64,000 bases of DNA from the NCBI RefSeq assembly GCF_000143415.4, contig NW_003314285.1:1623471-1687470 (forward strand). The letters run 5' to 3'. Of the stretch, positions 26,630 through 39,307 are shown one piece after another. Within the stretch, counting starts at the first letter, position 1, and every line of letters starts with the position of its first letter. This DNA comes from Selaginella moellendorffii (lineage: Eukaryota; Plantae; Lycopodiophyta). Below the pieces are notes generated by a model. It made no database searches. It was not told the DNA's origin and was given only the letters and a program-made list of their open reading frames with translations. The translations under genes were made by a program, and so were the position numbers.

Positions 26630-28036
26630 ACTTCTATTGAACTTTGATATGTGGACCATATTTGTGGGATATTAATATATCATCACAAACATTTTCACTA
26701 AATGTAGCACATGTGATCATGGGATGAAATTTGGATATATTGTCATTATAGATTCTTGGAAGTATAAAAGATATATATAAGGATTAAATAGCTTCTAAAT
26801 AGGTTAAAGGGAGAGGATAAGTTTTGGCAAATGATTTTTGAAAAGTTAGAGATAAGTTGAGTATAACTAGTGGCAAACATCCATAATCAAATGGACAAAT
26901 AAAAATTATAAACTAGCTAGTGGAATATATGCTAAAGTCTTTTATGGAAAACTTGACTCGATATTAAGAGTATGGGAGAATCATTTGCCTTTACTTTAGA
27001 TTGCTCATAATTGCACTCATCAATTGGATATTTACATGTTTCTATTCATGGTCATGTATAGCTATAAGCCCAAGTCTCTCATGAGTTTAATTTTGGCTTT
27101 AGTTTGAGTGCCTCATATTTGTGATTTTTTTGAGGATATGAAAGTGGCAAAGTTGAACATAAGACAAGTTCAAGAATGAAACAAGAAATTGACTAATGCA
27201 CATCATCATTATTAGAAATATAAAGTTGGTGACAAAATTTCCTTAAACTATTAAATGCATAACAATATCTAAAAGGGTAGTGCTAAATTGTCTCCACAAT
27301 ATTGTATTGTATTATCTTCAATTTTGTTGCATATGCAACATTTTATGTAAACAAGTTTGAAACATGTTTATACTCTAGTGATGTGAATTTTAGGTCCCAA
27401 AGATTGATGCTAATAAAGTTGATCTAACTAATATTCTTGTTTAAAGGTTGGTGAAACAAATTGCAAGACAATTTGGGAGTTGTTAGTTTGGTGGAATGGT
27501 TATTTTATGGACGAACTTATATGGGAAATTGAGGATGATGTGAAAAGAGTGTTTTCAAGTTTTATGTATAACTTCAATGACATTCTCAAAAGCATGTAAT
27601 GTGCAACAAATTATTATCTTATATGTACAAGTTTAATCATCATCAAACTATCGTATCAAAACTTATAAGATTTAGGAGTAGTTTTTTAAATTCCTCCTCT
27701 CTAACCTTTTTTGTTGGAAACTAACCAAAAGAAGACCAGATATTTCTGCTAGGAAAGTATAGTAAATTATTTCTCTCACAATGAAACTAATGAATTTAAT
27801 TATAATATCTCTAACTATCTTATATTAAAAACTATTTTGGAAATATGTTTTTTCAAACTATACTACCACTTAATATTGTATTTTTTTCATTTTATGTCAT
27901 AAGTCATGTTTCATTATCATAGTTTTAATATATGTTTTATTATCTATTTTAAGTACTACACTCTGGATTTTATGCTTTTATTAATTTTTATTTTAAATTT
28001 CTAGCTAATAATATATTATAATAATATTAATGGTAT

Positions 28037-28416
28037 TTATAAAGATGAACATTCTTTTGTTATTTTAATTTTATCAAAATCTTTTAATAACTCTCTTCTT
28101 CGTTCAATCTGAACATTAACTGATAAAGTTCTTGTTCTATATCTTGTTGAATTGATGCCCTACTATACATAGAATTAACAGTAATTGTGACATGTATTCC
28201 TCCTCCTGAGGCAGTATATTCTCCATTTTCCCAAAAATTATTAAAGTACCTAACTTTACACAGATTTGTTACATGACAATATGCTTGGGGAGAAGGTGGA
28301 TCTTGTGTACCAATTGATATACAATCTTGAGTTGCTTCACTTAGCAAATACCCACCAACTAAAAGAAAATATAGTAAAAATGAATAAAGGAAAACAACTA
28401 CAACAAACTCTGTCAG
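28037..28416 (-). pseudogene. Small secreted protein B, copy 2
   Basis: Homologous to 34883-35335. An internal deletion removes AFNFIWIRC...LNDGS, and CTG stands at the start position. Confidence 0.7.
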
Positions 28417-28618
28417 TCTCTAAGTATGAAATGGTTTATATCTGCTTTATAAAGGCTTTTGAAATAGCATTAAAATAGGATATGCTTAGTTATTATTCCA
28501 TAGCAATCAGTATTCTTTTATTTAACGAAAAGATCAAGAATTATCAATTTTATCAAAATCAAAAGAGTGTAGCAGTAAAGTACCAAATCGAATTGATGTG
28601 AGCCCTAGCGCGGGAGCA

Positions 28619-29482
28619 ATGGCGGGGCTAGTGGCGGCGGGAGCGGCAGCGGCAGCGTCGGTGGCGTTTGCACTTCTTACATTTGGCAGGAGGAAGAAAC
28701 TGGCTATCCCATCGCTGGCGGGTAAGCACGTCTTTATCACAGGAGCTTCCAGCGGCATTGGGCTCGCCATTGCCAAGCAGGCCCTCCTCCAAGGGGCATT
28801 TGTTGCCATCTCGGCCAGAAACCAGCTCAAGCTCGACAAGGCGGCTCAATCTCTTGTGAGTGAAGCGCACTGCGACAGCCATAGCATCAAAGTTTTGGTA
28901 TGTATACATACATCTCTTTCTGCCTTGATCGTCCATCGTTCTGATAGCTTTTTGTTTTGTTTGTTTCTTGTTTCTTTCGTCTTGTTTTCTTCTGTTCGTC
29001 CTTTGGATTGCTTTCTTTATTCGTTCTTACTTGATTGGAATTTTTCCAAGTTCTTACTTGGGAGTTATCCTACTTTTATCAGGTGGCCGACGTTGGCGAT
29101 TTTAATGCGATATCCTCCGCCGTGAGCGAGGCTCACTCGTGGAAACCAATCGACGTCCTGGTTTGCAACGCGGGGTACACTTAAGGCTGGATACTTTGAC
29201 GAAGTCCCGGTAGAAGTCATGCGGGTCAAGTCCAGACGAACTTGATGGGAGTGATTCATACAGTCCACACCGCGCTTCCACTCATGAAGCCGCTCGCAAG
29301 CGAAAAGAAGCACTCGATTGTGATCGTCAGCTCCGGAGCAGGACTGGTATACTTCACTCCTTTATAGGAATCTTTTTGTATATCTTGTGTTCATCTTTTC
29401 TCCAGTTCCTTTTGTACGGGAGCTCAGCGTACAGTGCAACCAAGCATGCTCTACGAGGATTAGCAGAGTGTCTCCATCTCGA
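28619..29482 (+). pseudogene. TSC10: 3-ketodihydrosphingosine reductase, copy 2 (frameshifts; truncated in exon 3)
   Basis: An extra T makes TAA at ~29182, and there is a 1-bp loss at ~29217. Homology switches to the pseudouridine synthase at 29482. Confidence 0.88.
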
Positions 29483-30675
29483 CCAGTTCTGGCCGAGAGT
29501 ATTGTAAATCTCTACGAGGGACCAGCATCTATACCAGTGAGTGCCGAAAAATTCTACTGCTTGTAAAGAAGAAAACTTTGAGCAATTGTTCTTTAGGCCC
29601 ATACTTGGGCAGTACTGCAAGAACACTGTGGTTGGCATCCTGCAAGCAGGCACAACATTGGACCTTTATTCCGTAAACTAGCTCTTTTCATGCAATTTTT
29701 CTTTTAACTCTTTTATTTTCTATCAGCTGTTCAAGCTTTCCTTTGCTTTTTAAATTTTGCTATGTCTCTATGTGATGCTTGAAGATCAAGAATGGTAGAC
29801 TTTGCAAAGTATACATTGCTAAGTGTGTTTCCAGAAAAAGAGGTAAAAAACCACTCTTTCTCACTCTCTTTCTCTCCTTACTGTTATAATGGCAAGAGGT
29901 TGATACTTTTAATTCTTTTTATTGGTCTCCACCTAAACTAAATGAGCAATTAACCAGCACGTGTGCACATAGACCAAAAAGGCATTACAAAAGGAAATTT
30001 TAAATTATCATTAAGTTAAACACATTTGATATAGTGATAAAAAATTCATGTTATTGGCTTATATATAAGATTTTTCTCAAGTGGTAGTGAATATTGCCAT
30101 TTATTATGATGCACGGGAAGGGAGCAGCATTGTGGAGGTAAACATCATGTTTGTAAGGAGTTTCTTACAGCACTCTCAAGTTTTCCCAAGTTTGTGAAGA
30201 ACAGGATAACAAAGTAAAAGAAGCTTATACAAGGTTTGTGCATCTAAGCATGGATGGAGTGTCCAAATCGTTGAATGCAGGAAGAACTCACCAGGCAAGC
30301 AAATTAAGCCTTAGTCTCTCGATTCAATTGCTAAGCTTTTTTCTCTCACATTCTAGATATGCAGCACTTAAGACACCCCATTGCCAACAACAAAATTTAC
30401 CTTCATGAAAATCCTCCAAAAGGGGTGGAACAGCAGACTTGGCAGCAAGGAGTGACTAGCAACAGGCACAAGGTAAACAAGCAAACTTTGATTTCTTTCC
30501 AATGACACTCTTTTGTTGATCAGATTCCATCGATGATGATCAAGAAGAATCAAGTTTTGAGATAAATCCACTGTGTATGCACTTGGGACTGTCGGGCTAT
30601 GACAATGACTCTGATGGGCTATGGTTGTATTATGTGCAATATTCTTGTGAGGAGTATACAAAGTTTAGTGGTTAA
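29482..30675 (+). pseudogene. RluA-family pseudouridine synthase, degenerate 5'-truncated copy 2
   Basis: Homologous to 6780-8117. Retains the sense orientation of exons VYIAK..VFPEKE and IYYDAREGSSIVE. Confidence 0.85.
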
Positions 30676-32466
30676 GGATAAGTAACTTTAGTAGAATAAT
30701 ATTAGAACATAATCATGTGTATCCTGATAATTAAAAATTTAAAAAACATAATAAAATACTGTATATCAAACTAAACCTGTTAGACATTTTATATGTTAGT
30801 TCAACCAAATCAAGAAGCTCAGTGAATATACAGAAAATGTCATTATCATCATTTTAACATCTTCATTATCCGATCTTGCCCATGTCCTTGCTATGAAACC
30901 ATTTATTGAGCCATGGTCATTGACACTTTTAGTTCCTTTTCAATCATTCCCTCCCGATATAACATCATGGCAGAGAGATCTCTATCATAGCTGGCATAGA
31001 CAAAGTAAGGGAAGTGATCCCTTTAGATGAAATAAATATAAAAAATAAATATTATTAATAATAGATACTATTGTTAAATAATTTATCATTTGAAAGCCAT
31101 TTTCTATGAAGGTATAATAAACTTTCATAGGCCCCTTGCTTGTTCTGGGAACATATACAGTTGCTATACACTTCTAAAATGTTGCCACGTGTCATAACCA
31201 CATCTGGGCCTGCCTGTGAGGGCCAGTGACCATGCATATGCTTGCCTGTTGACTGTCAATAACGTTTGCACCCAGCTTGCCACGTTATTAACAGTCGAAG
31301 GCTCTCACTGCAGGTTAACCTATGATTTTTTGAGTAATGTATCAAAAACTTTATTTTAAACTTATAAGCATATATCTTTTCTCATTCTTAGCATTTAGTA
31401 AGTCCATTTGCCAAGTCCACTTTCTACTGCATTGTTACACTTTAAAATTTTAGCTCTTTAATATATAATTGCATTTAATACTTTAGCTATTTACTCAAAC
31501 AGCATAAACATGATAAGTGATAAGTATGCTACTTTTTGCTTTGGGAGAATATGGATATACTATAGTATATCCATATGACTCTACACAAAACCTCAAAGTG
31601 AGCATCATTGATTATTATGAAGTTTATTTGCAATCTAATGAGAATTGTAGTATAGAAATCATGTATTAATTTAATTTTGGGAGTGAGAGTTATTAGTAAA
31701 CATATATTAGAGCGGAATTTAAATTAAAAAAGAGTAACATATTATTTCTCACAGAAAATCCATTTGAAACTATAATTTTATAATATAATAATTATTGAGA
31801 GTTCTTAAAATACATAAGATCAGAATTGTAATAAATTATAATAATTTGCTATGTGTTGCATGCAGTAATGCTTGGTTTTCTTAATAGTAGTGTTATTCCC
31901 ATTTATTAATCCAATTGATCAGAATTTTATAATTATAAACATGTTTGTAATTTATAAACACAAGATTAATCATATTGAATATCAAAATGGTAGAATAAAC
32001 TAGAATATACTAGAAAGTGTTTACAAAAGCTTATAAATTATAAACATCTTTATAAATTTTAAACACAAGATTAATCTAAATGAATAACACTTAAGTGGTA
32101 GAGTATCATAAAATATCCAAGCATATTCTAGGTATATCCACTACCACCCCACTTCCCTTATAGCTTTGCTTAAGCAAACCAAAAACCTTGTTATTCTTCA
32201 TAAATTACATCATTCATTTGTATTTTGCTAACATAGTACAAATGTTAACACAATTCTAGGTATGTAGTATGCCTACTCTTGTTTTAGAGTGACAAAAATA
32301 CAAATTTCATGTGTCAAGTATAGAGGAAATTTATAATTATTGAACAAAATAATTCTTTTTGGAAATATTAGCTTTATATTATATAAAGATAAATTTATAC
32401 TTAAAATTACATTAAATATCTTGAAATTACTAAGCTAGTTATATATTATTACTCTATTTTTTCTTC

Positions 32467-32862
32467 ATGGGTTTTAATACTTGGTTCTATCTTTTATTTT
32501 TATTTAATATATATATATCAGTGTAAGTATAATATTTTGAAATTAATCCTTAATTAATAACTTCTTTATACAGTAACAATCATTGAAGGAAAAGATAAAT
32601 TTAATTGGCTCCAGATATGAAATTTGCTCTTGCAAATTGTAATGTTTATCAAGAAAATGTTATTTTATGTAATGAATTTGCTTACTTTGATTATAATACA
32701 CTAGCAGCATAAAAATGCTCTAAAGTAATAAATAATGTAACATTTGGTGTATCTTTTATTGGTAATGGTCATTTTAAAACTGAAGGTTGGTATGGATGGC
32801 AAAATTAGGCATTTGATAGTGATTATTCACATGATAGTTATGATGAAGTAATATTTCAATAG
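32467..32862 (+). pseudogene. Small secreted protein A, copy 3
   Basis: +4 nt in the exon-1 (AT)n tract, further deletions and stops relative to 25617-26021. Confidence 0.7.
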
Positions 32863-34882
32863 AGAAGAAGTTAATATAAGCATTATATGAGATTTTTATA
32901 TTAATTAAAAATGTTGTAGTAATGTTATAAATAAAATCATTTAAAGTTCTAAAAAACAATGGTATGAACAATTGAAACAATTAAAACTTATATTTAATTT
33001 TAATAAATTCATAGTTAAGAAGCAATAAATTATAGAAAACACCCAATATTGAATGAGACAAAGATATATAAAGATATATGTTAGAAACAAAACATGTATT
33101 TGTACCTTTTTGGGTTTTTTCTATTTATAATTTTATCAGTATTAATTCTTGACATATAATGATTTTGTTTGTCTATCTATATAAGAATTTTATGAATAAG
33201 ACCAATGTATGGTTTAGTATAACAACCACATTCAAACCCCCAAAACCTACCCTCAATTTTATTTTTAAGTCTATGGCTGAATCAATCAATCCTTTTTTCT
33301 TTTTTAGACTCATCAGGCAATTGATATTGTTTCCAATTTTTTAAAAATGTAGACATTTGTAATTTACCACAATAGTGCCATGCTTGATTTTTATGGGAAG
33401 AAATACCAAAATTAATAATTTTTAAAATTTAAAAATAACATTAATTATCATATATATCTCACTTCTATTGAACTTTGACATGTGGACCATATTTGGGAGA
33501 TATTAATCGTTTTGACTAAATGTAGCACATGTGATCATGGGATAAAATTTAGATATATTGTCATTATGGATTCTTGGAAGTATAGAAAATATATAGGGAT
33601 TAAATAGCCATTAAAAACTCTTTATTAAATAATTACCCCTTTTCCAAAAGAGGATAATTTTTGGCAAATGATTTTTAAGAAGTTATAGATAAGTTGAGTA
33701 TAATTAGTAACAAACATCCATAATCAAATGGACAAATAAAAATTATAAACTAGCTATTGGAATATATGCTAAAGTCTTTTATGGAAAACTTGACTCAATA
33801 AAGAGTATGGGAGAATCACTTGCCTTTACTTTAGATTGCTTATAATAACACTCATCAATTTAATATTTACACATTTCTATTTATTGTCATGTATAGCTAT
33901 AAGCCCAAGTCTCTCATGAGTTTAGGTTTAGCTTTAGTTTGAGTGCCTCATACTTGTGATTTTTTTGAGGATATGAAAGTGGTAAAATTGAACATAAAAC
34001 AAGTTCAAGAAAGAAACAAAAAACTAGTTAATGCACATCATCATTATCAGAAATACAAAGTTGGTGACAAAAATTTTCTTAAACTATTAAATGCATAACA
34101 ATGTTTATAAGGAGGTGGTAGTGATAAATTGTCTCCACAATATTATATTGTATTATCTACAATTTTGTTGCATATGCAACATTTTATATAAGCAAGTTTA
34201 AAATATGTTTGTACTCTAGTGATGTTGTGAATTTTAGGTCCCAAAGATTGATGCTAATAAAGTTGATTTAACCAATATTTTTGTTTAAAGGTTGGTGAAA
34301 CAAATTGCAAGACAATTTGGGAGTTGTTGGTTTGGTGGAATGGTTATTCTATGGACGATGTTATATGGGAAATTGAGGATGATGTGAAAAAAGTGTTTTC
34401 AAGTTTTAATTATAACTTCAATGACATTCTCAAAAGCATGTAATGTGCAACAAATTATTATCTTATATGTACAAGTTTAATCATCATCAAACTATCATAT
34501 CAAAACTTATAAGATTTAAGAGTAGTTTTTTAAATTCCTCCTCTCTAACTATTTTTTTTTGGAAACTAACCCCAAGAAGACCAGATATTGCTGCTAGGAA
34601 AGTATAGTAAATTATTTCTCTTATAATAAAACTAATACATTTAATTATAATATCTCTAACTATCTTATATCAAATAATATTTTGGAAATATTTTTTTTTC
34701 AAACTATACTACCACTTAATATTGTGTTTGTTTTATTTTATGTCATAAGTCATGTATCATAATCATATTTTTAATATCTGTTATATTATATGTTTTAAAT
34801 ACTACACTCTGGATTATATTATTTTATTAATTTTTATTTTAAATTTATAAATAATAATATATTTTAATAATATTAATGGTAT

Positions 34883-35335
34883 TTATAAACTTGAACATTC
34901 TTTTGTTATTTTAATTCTATCAAGATCTTTTAATAACTCTCTTCTTCGTGCAATCTGAACATTAACTGATAAACTTCCATCATTCAAATAAACAAAACCA
35001 CCCATTTGACGTAGCACTGATATACATCTAATCCATATAAAATTAAAAGCTTGTTCTATATCTTGTTGAATTGATGCCCTACTATACATTCTATTAACAG
35101 TAATTGTGACATATATTCCTCCTCCAGAGGCAGTATATTCTCCATTTTCCCAAAAATTATTAAAGTACCTAACTTTACACAGATTTGTTACATGACAATA
35201 CGCTTGGGGAGAAGGTGGATCTTGTGTACCAATTGATATACAATCTTGAGTTGCTTCACTTGGCAAATACCCACCAACTAAAAGAAAATATAGTAAAAAT
35301 GAATAAAGGAAAACAACTACAACAAACTCTGTCAT
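34883..35335 (-). CDS. Small secreted Cys-containing protein B, intact copy (150 aa)
   Basis: Open 150-codon frame in very AT-rich DNA, with a hydrophobic N-terminus (FVVVVFLYSFLLYFLLVGG), 5 Cys and two disrupted paralogs. Confidence 0.65.
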   Translation of the reverse strand: MTEFVVVVFLYSFLLYFLLVGGYLPSEATQDCISIGTQDPPSPQAYCHVTNLCKVRYFNNFWENGEYTASGGGIYVTITVNRMYSRASIQQDIEQAFNFIWIRCISVLRQMGGFVYLNDGSLSVNVQIARRRELLKDLDRIKITKECSSL

Positions 35336-35640
35336 TCTTTAAGTATGAAATGGTTTATATCTTCTTTATAAAGGCTTTTTAAATAGCATTAAAATAGGAT
35401 ATGCTTAGTTATTACAACTTTTAAAAATAATGCTATAGTAAAATAAAGACAAACCCAATAATTCTGGGTTCTAGAACAAGACACAAGAGAGCATGCTTAG
35501 GGCCAACTTCCATAGCAATCAGTATTCTTTTATTTAACGAAAAAAATCAAAAATTATCAATTTTATCAAAATCAAAAGAGTGTAGCATAAAGTAAAGATA
35601 AACCCCAAATCGAATTGATGTGAGCCCTAGCGCGGGAGCA

Positions 35641-37023
35641 ATGGCGGGGCTAGTGGCGGCGGGAGCGGCAGCGGCAGCAGCGGTGGCGTTTGCATTTCTT
35701 ACATTTGGCAGGAGGAAGAAACTGGCTATCCCATCGCTGGCGGGCAAGCACGTCTTTATCACAGGAGCTTCCAGCGGCATTGGGCTCGCCATTGCCAAGC
35801 AGGCCCTCCTCCAAGGGGCATTTGTTACCATCTCGGCCAGAAACCAGCTCAAGCTCGACAAGGCGGCTCAATCTCTTGTGAGTGAAGCGCACTGCGACAG
35901 CCATAGCATCAAAGTTTTGGTATGTATACATACATCTCTTTCTGCCTTGATCGTCCATCGTTCTGATAGCTTTTTGTTTTGTTTGTTTCTTGTTTCTTTC
36001 GTCTTGTTTTCTTCTGTTCGTCCTTTGGATTGCTTTCTTTATTCGTTCTTACTTGATTGGAATTTTTCCAAGTTCTTACTTGGGAGTTATCCTACTTTTA
36101 TCAGGTGGCCGACGTTGGCGATTTTAATGCGATATCCTCCGCCGTGAGCGAGGCTCACTCGTGGAAACCAATCGACGTCCTGGTTTGCAACGCGGGGTAC
36201 ACTAAGGCTGGATACTTTGACGAAGTCCCGGTGGAAGTTCATGCGGGTCAAGTCCAGACGAACTTGATGGGAGTGATTCATACAGTCCACACCGCGCTTC
36301 CACTCATGAAGCCGCTCGCAAGCGAAAAGAAGCACTCGATTGTGATCGTCAGCTCCGGAGCAGGACTGGTATACTTCACTCCTTTATAGGAATCTTTTTG
36401 TATATCTTGTGTTGATCTTTTCTCCAGTTCCTTTTGTACGGGAGCTCAGTGTACAGTGCCACCAAGCATGCTCTACGAGGATTAGCAGAGTGTCTCCATC
36501 TCGAGCTTTTGCCGTATAACATCAATGTCAATCTCGTCTGTCCTGGCTTTGTCGACACTCCTCTTATGGATCAAGGTACTTACACTTGAAAGATTTCTAG
36601 CCGTGACAGTCTACACTTTTTGCAGTGGACAAGGATGGCGAGTTTGAAACAATGCTCAAGACACTCAATCGATATGATCCCAAGACGATGCAGTCACCCG
36701 ATAAGCTCGCGGAGGTCACGCTCGATGCTGTCAAGAAAGGCTCGTTTCTCGTGGCACCGAAGTCGTTTTTCCCGCTGGTGGTGCTCACTCGCGGGATGCT
36801 TGCTCCCGCGAGCTTCGCCAGGACACTGCTCGAGGCTTTCTGGGCTCCCATTATCCGCCTTGTGAGCTACAAGCTCTCGGCCGACATCAAGAAAGAAATT
36901 CTCAAAAACCACGCAGTGAAAAGGCAAAGCCATGCTCGTGAGATTGCTGGTAAGCAAGGTATTACGCTTCTCTTCTCCCCTTAATATCTTTCTTCCTTTG
37001 CAGTGCGCAGGTCTACTAACTAG
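35641..37023 (+). CDS. TSC10: 3-ketodihydrosphingosine (3-dehydrosphinganine) reductase, SDR family, intact copy
   Basis: N-terminal anchor, [21 protein letters not shown] (YxxxK), VCPGFVDTP. Exons approx. 35641-35919, 36106-36368, 36428-36575, 36626-36949, 37004-37023. Confidence 0.88.
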
Positions 37024-38857
37024 TAAGTTTGTCCCTGTACATATTCGAAAGCATTATATACGATGTCGACTTAGCAGGATCCAAAGCAACAACCTTTTCG
37101 GCAGCTCGAGACCCCAGCGACGAATTCTTCTGGGTCTCGCAGGCACTCATCAGAGCTCGATAAGTCTCCGGCTGCGGCACAAACGGCATCGTCTCAATCA
37201 GCTCCTCGGCAAACTTGAGCAGCCCGACTCGGCTGTAAATGTCCACCATCGCCGAGAAGTGCTCCACCAGCGGCTTGATCCCGAGGTCCGAGCTCATCAA
37301 AAGGAAGTAGCGTGTGCCTTGCTCGAGCAGCCCTCCATGGCTGCAAGCTGCTAAAACGCTCGCGAAAGTTAGCTCGTCGGGTGCTATGGCTTCCATGACC
37401 ATCTCACTCAAAACTTGGACGGCCTTCTCGCCATGGCCAGCCTTTGCATGCCCAGCGATCATAGAACTCCAGGTTCCCACGTCGGTCTGAGGGAGAACTC
37501 GAAAGAGCCCGCTTGCTCGATCCATTTGACCGTTTTGGGCATAAGCAGCGACGAGAGTGTTCCAGGAGACTATATCTCGGACTGGCATGGAATCGAGGAG
37601 CTGTCTAGCCTCGTTGAGTTTCATGTTGTGGACGTAAGCGGCCATCAGTGCGTGGAGGGATTCCAAGTTCTTGTATGGCATGGAATCAAACACCTTCTTT
37701 GATTCCTCAAGATACCCATTGTTGGCATATGCTGCACAAATTGCGTTCCAGACAATTACGTCGTGCTCAGGCATTGAGTCAAGCAACACTGTGGCTTCTT
37801 CTAGCCTTTGTTTGAGCGCAAACAGGGAGATTAAGGTCGTGCACGAAACAACGTTCCATTCCGGCATCTTGTCAAAGAGCAACTTTGCGTCGCCAACATG
37901 ACCTGCTTGGGCATATGCGGAAAGAGCAGACGTCCATGAAACAACATCTTTGTAGCGCATAGACTTAAAAGTAGAGATGGACTTCTCAAGTTGGCCATTA
38001 AGAACGTAAACATTTATCATTACGTTCATTGACAGAATGTCGTGTCTCGGCATGCTTTTGAACAAGAACTCCGCGTTTTGGAGGTCTTTCTTTTGGGCAT
38101 ATGTGGAGAGCAACGTTGCCCATGTCACCAAATCCCGCTCCGGCATTGAATCAAACAAACTTTTCGCACGATCGAACAATGCAGTTTGTGAATACGCGAC
38201 TATCATAGCGTTGAAAGTTATCACATTTGGATCTGGCATTCTCAAAAACAAGGACTCGGCTTCTTCAAGATGCCCGGCTTGGGCATATGCTGAGATAACA
38301 CACGACCACGACACGACGTCTTTGTGAGGCATGGTGTCAAAAATCTCTCTCGCAGCGTCGACCTGTCCAGCCTGAGAGAAGGCATGCATCAATCCATTCC
38401 AAGAGGCAGTGTCCTTTCGAGGCGTTGCATCGAACATCTCTTTGGCTCGATCTAGCTCGCCGTTTTGGGCGTATGCCGCGGCCATGGAATTGAAAGAGAC
38501 CACATTTGGATTTGGCATTCTATCGAAGGTGTTCTTGGCTTGCTGCAAACGCCCATTGTGGGCATATACACCAAACAAGATGTTCCAGGAGAAATCATTG
38601 GGATTAGCGATGGACTCAAACACCGCCTGGGCATCTGCAATGCTGCCACACCTTCCATACATGAGAACGAGGAGGTTGCAAAGGTAGAGATCAGAGCCGA
38701 GAGATGGAAGCTCTAGAATTCGAGCATGAATTTGCCTGCCTTGCTGGAGATTTCTTGAGCCTGTGCAAGCTTTGAGAAGACTGGCAAAGTAGTTTTGCTC
38801 CCTTGCGCGATCGTCCGAGTATCCCGGCTTCAAAGATTTTGGAAGAATAGTAGCCAT
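37016..38857 (-). CDS. PLS-class PPR protein, E subgroup
   Basis: 613-aa intronless ORF with many short PPR motifs, VLAACSHGG and SYIMLSNMY; no DYW domain. Confidence 0.93.
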   Translation of the reverse strand: MATILPKSLKPGYSDDRAREQNYFASLLKACTGSRNLQQGRQIHARILELPSLGSDLYLCNLLVLMYGRCGSIADAQAVFESIANPNDFSWNILFGVYAHNGRLQQAKNTFDRMPNPNVVSFNSMAAAYAQNGELDRAKEMFDATPRKDTASWNGLMHAFSQAGQVDAAREIFDTMPHKDVVSWSCVISAYAQAGHLEEAESLFLRMPDPNVITFNAMIVAYSQTALFDRAKSLFDSMPERDLVTWATLLSTYAQKKDLQNAEFLFKSMPRHDILSMNVMINVYVLNGQLEKSISTFKSMRYKDVVSWTSALSAYAQAGHVGDAKLLFDKMPEWNVVSCTTLISLFALKQRLEEATVLLDSMPEHDVIVWNAICAAYANNGYLEESKKVFDSMPYKNLESLHALMAAYVHNMKLNEARQLLDSMPVRDIVSWNTLVAAYAQNGQMDRASGLFRVLPQTDVGTWSSMIAGHAKAGHGEKAVQVLSEMVMEAIAPDELTFASVLAACSHGGLLEQGTRYFLLMSSDLGIKPLVEHFSAMVDIYSRVGLLKFAEELIETMPFVPQPETYRALMSACETQKNSSLGSRAAEKVVALDPAKSTSYIMLSNMYRDKLTS

Positions 38858-38894
38858 GGCAAATAAATCTCATCAAAATATATATAGTAGTTTT

Positions 38895-39307
38895 AAAAGG
38901 TCTTACACACATCCAAGGAGTGCCTTGGAATTGCCATCACCTCCAAAGGAGTCTTGAGTAGCAAAGAGTATATGCCTTCCGCTCCAATCAAAACCATGAC
39001 TGACAGTATCAACTGTGGCATCCCAAATGGTATGAGCTCGAAATGCTGGCCCTTGATGTCCGTCGAGCTTCTAAAGAATCTGTCGGGCATAAACTTCGTG
39101 GGTGTTCTTGGGTCGCGTCCCATGGAAAGCATTGATAACCAGCTTAGAACCTTTGGGGATGTCATAGCCACCGATCTTGCCAGAGCTGCGAGGGAGGAGG
39201 AGTGGCTGGAGGGCAAAGTCTCATCGTTTCCTTGATAATAGCTTGAAAATACTCGGGCTTTGAGAAATCGGACTCTTCGACCAGGCGGTTTGGCCCCACG
39301 ACAAGGT
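38895..39307 (-). pseudogene. Cytochrome P450 C-terminal fragment
   Basis: Homologous to 42192-42710 (VVGPNRLVEESDFSK, FMPDRF..DIKGQHFELIPFG); the heme-Cys region is deleted. Confidence 0.85.
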
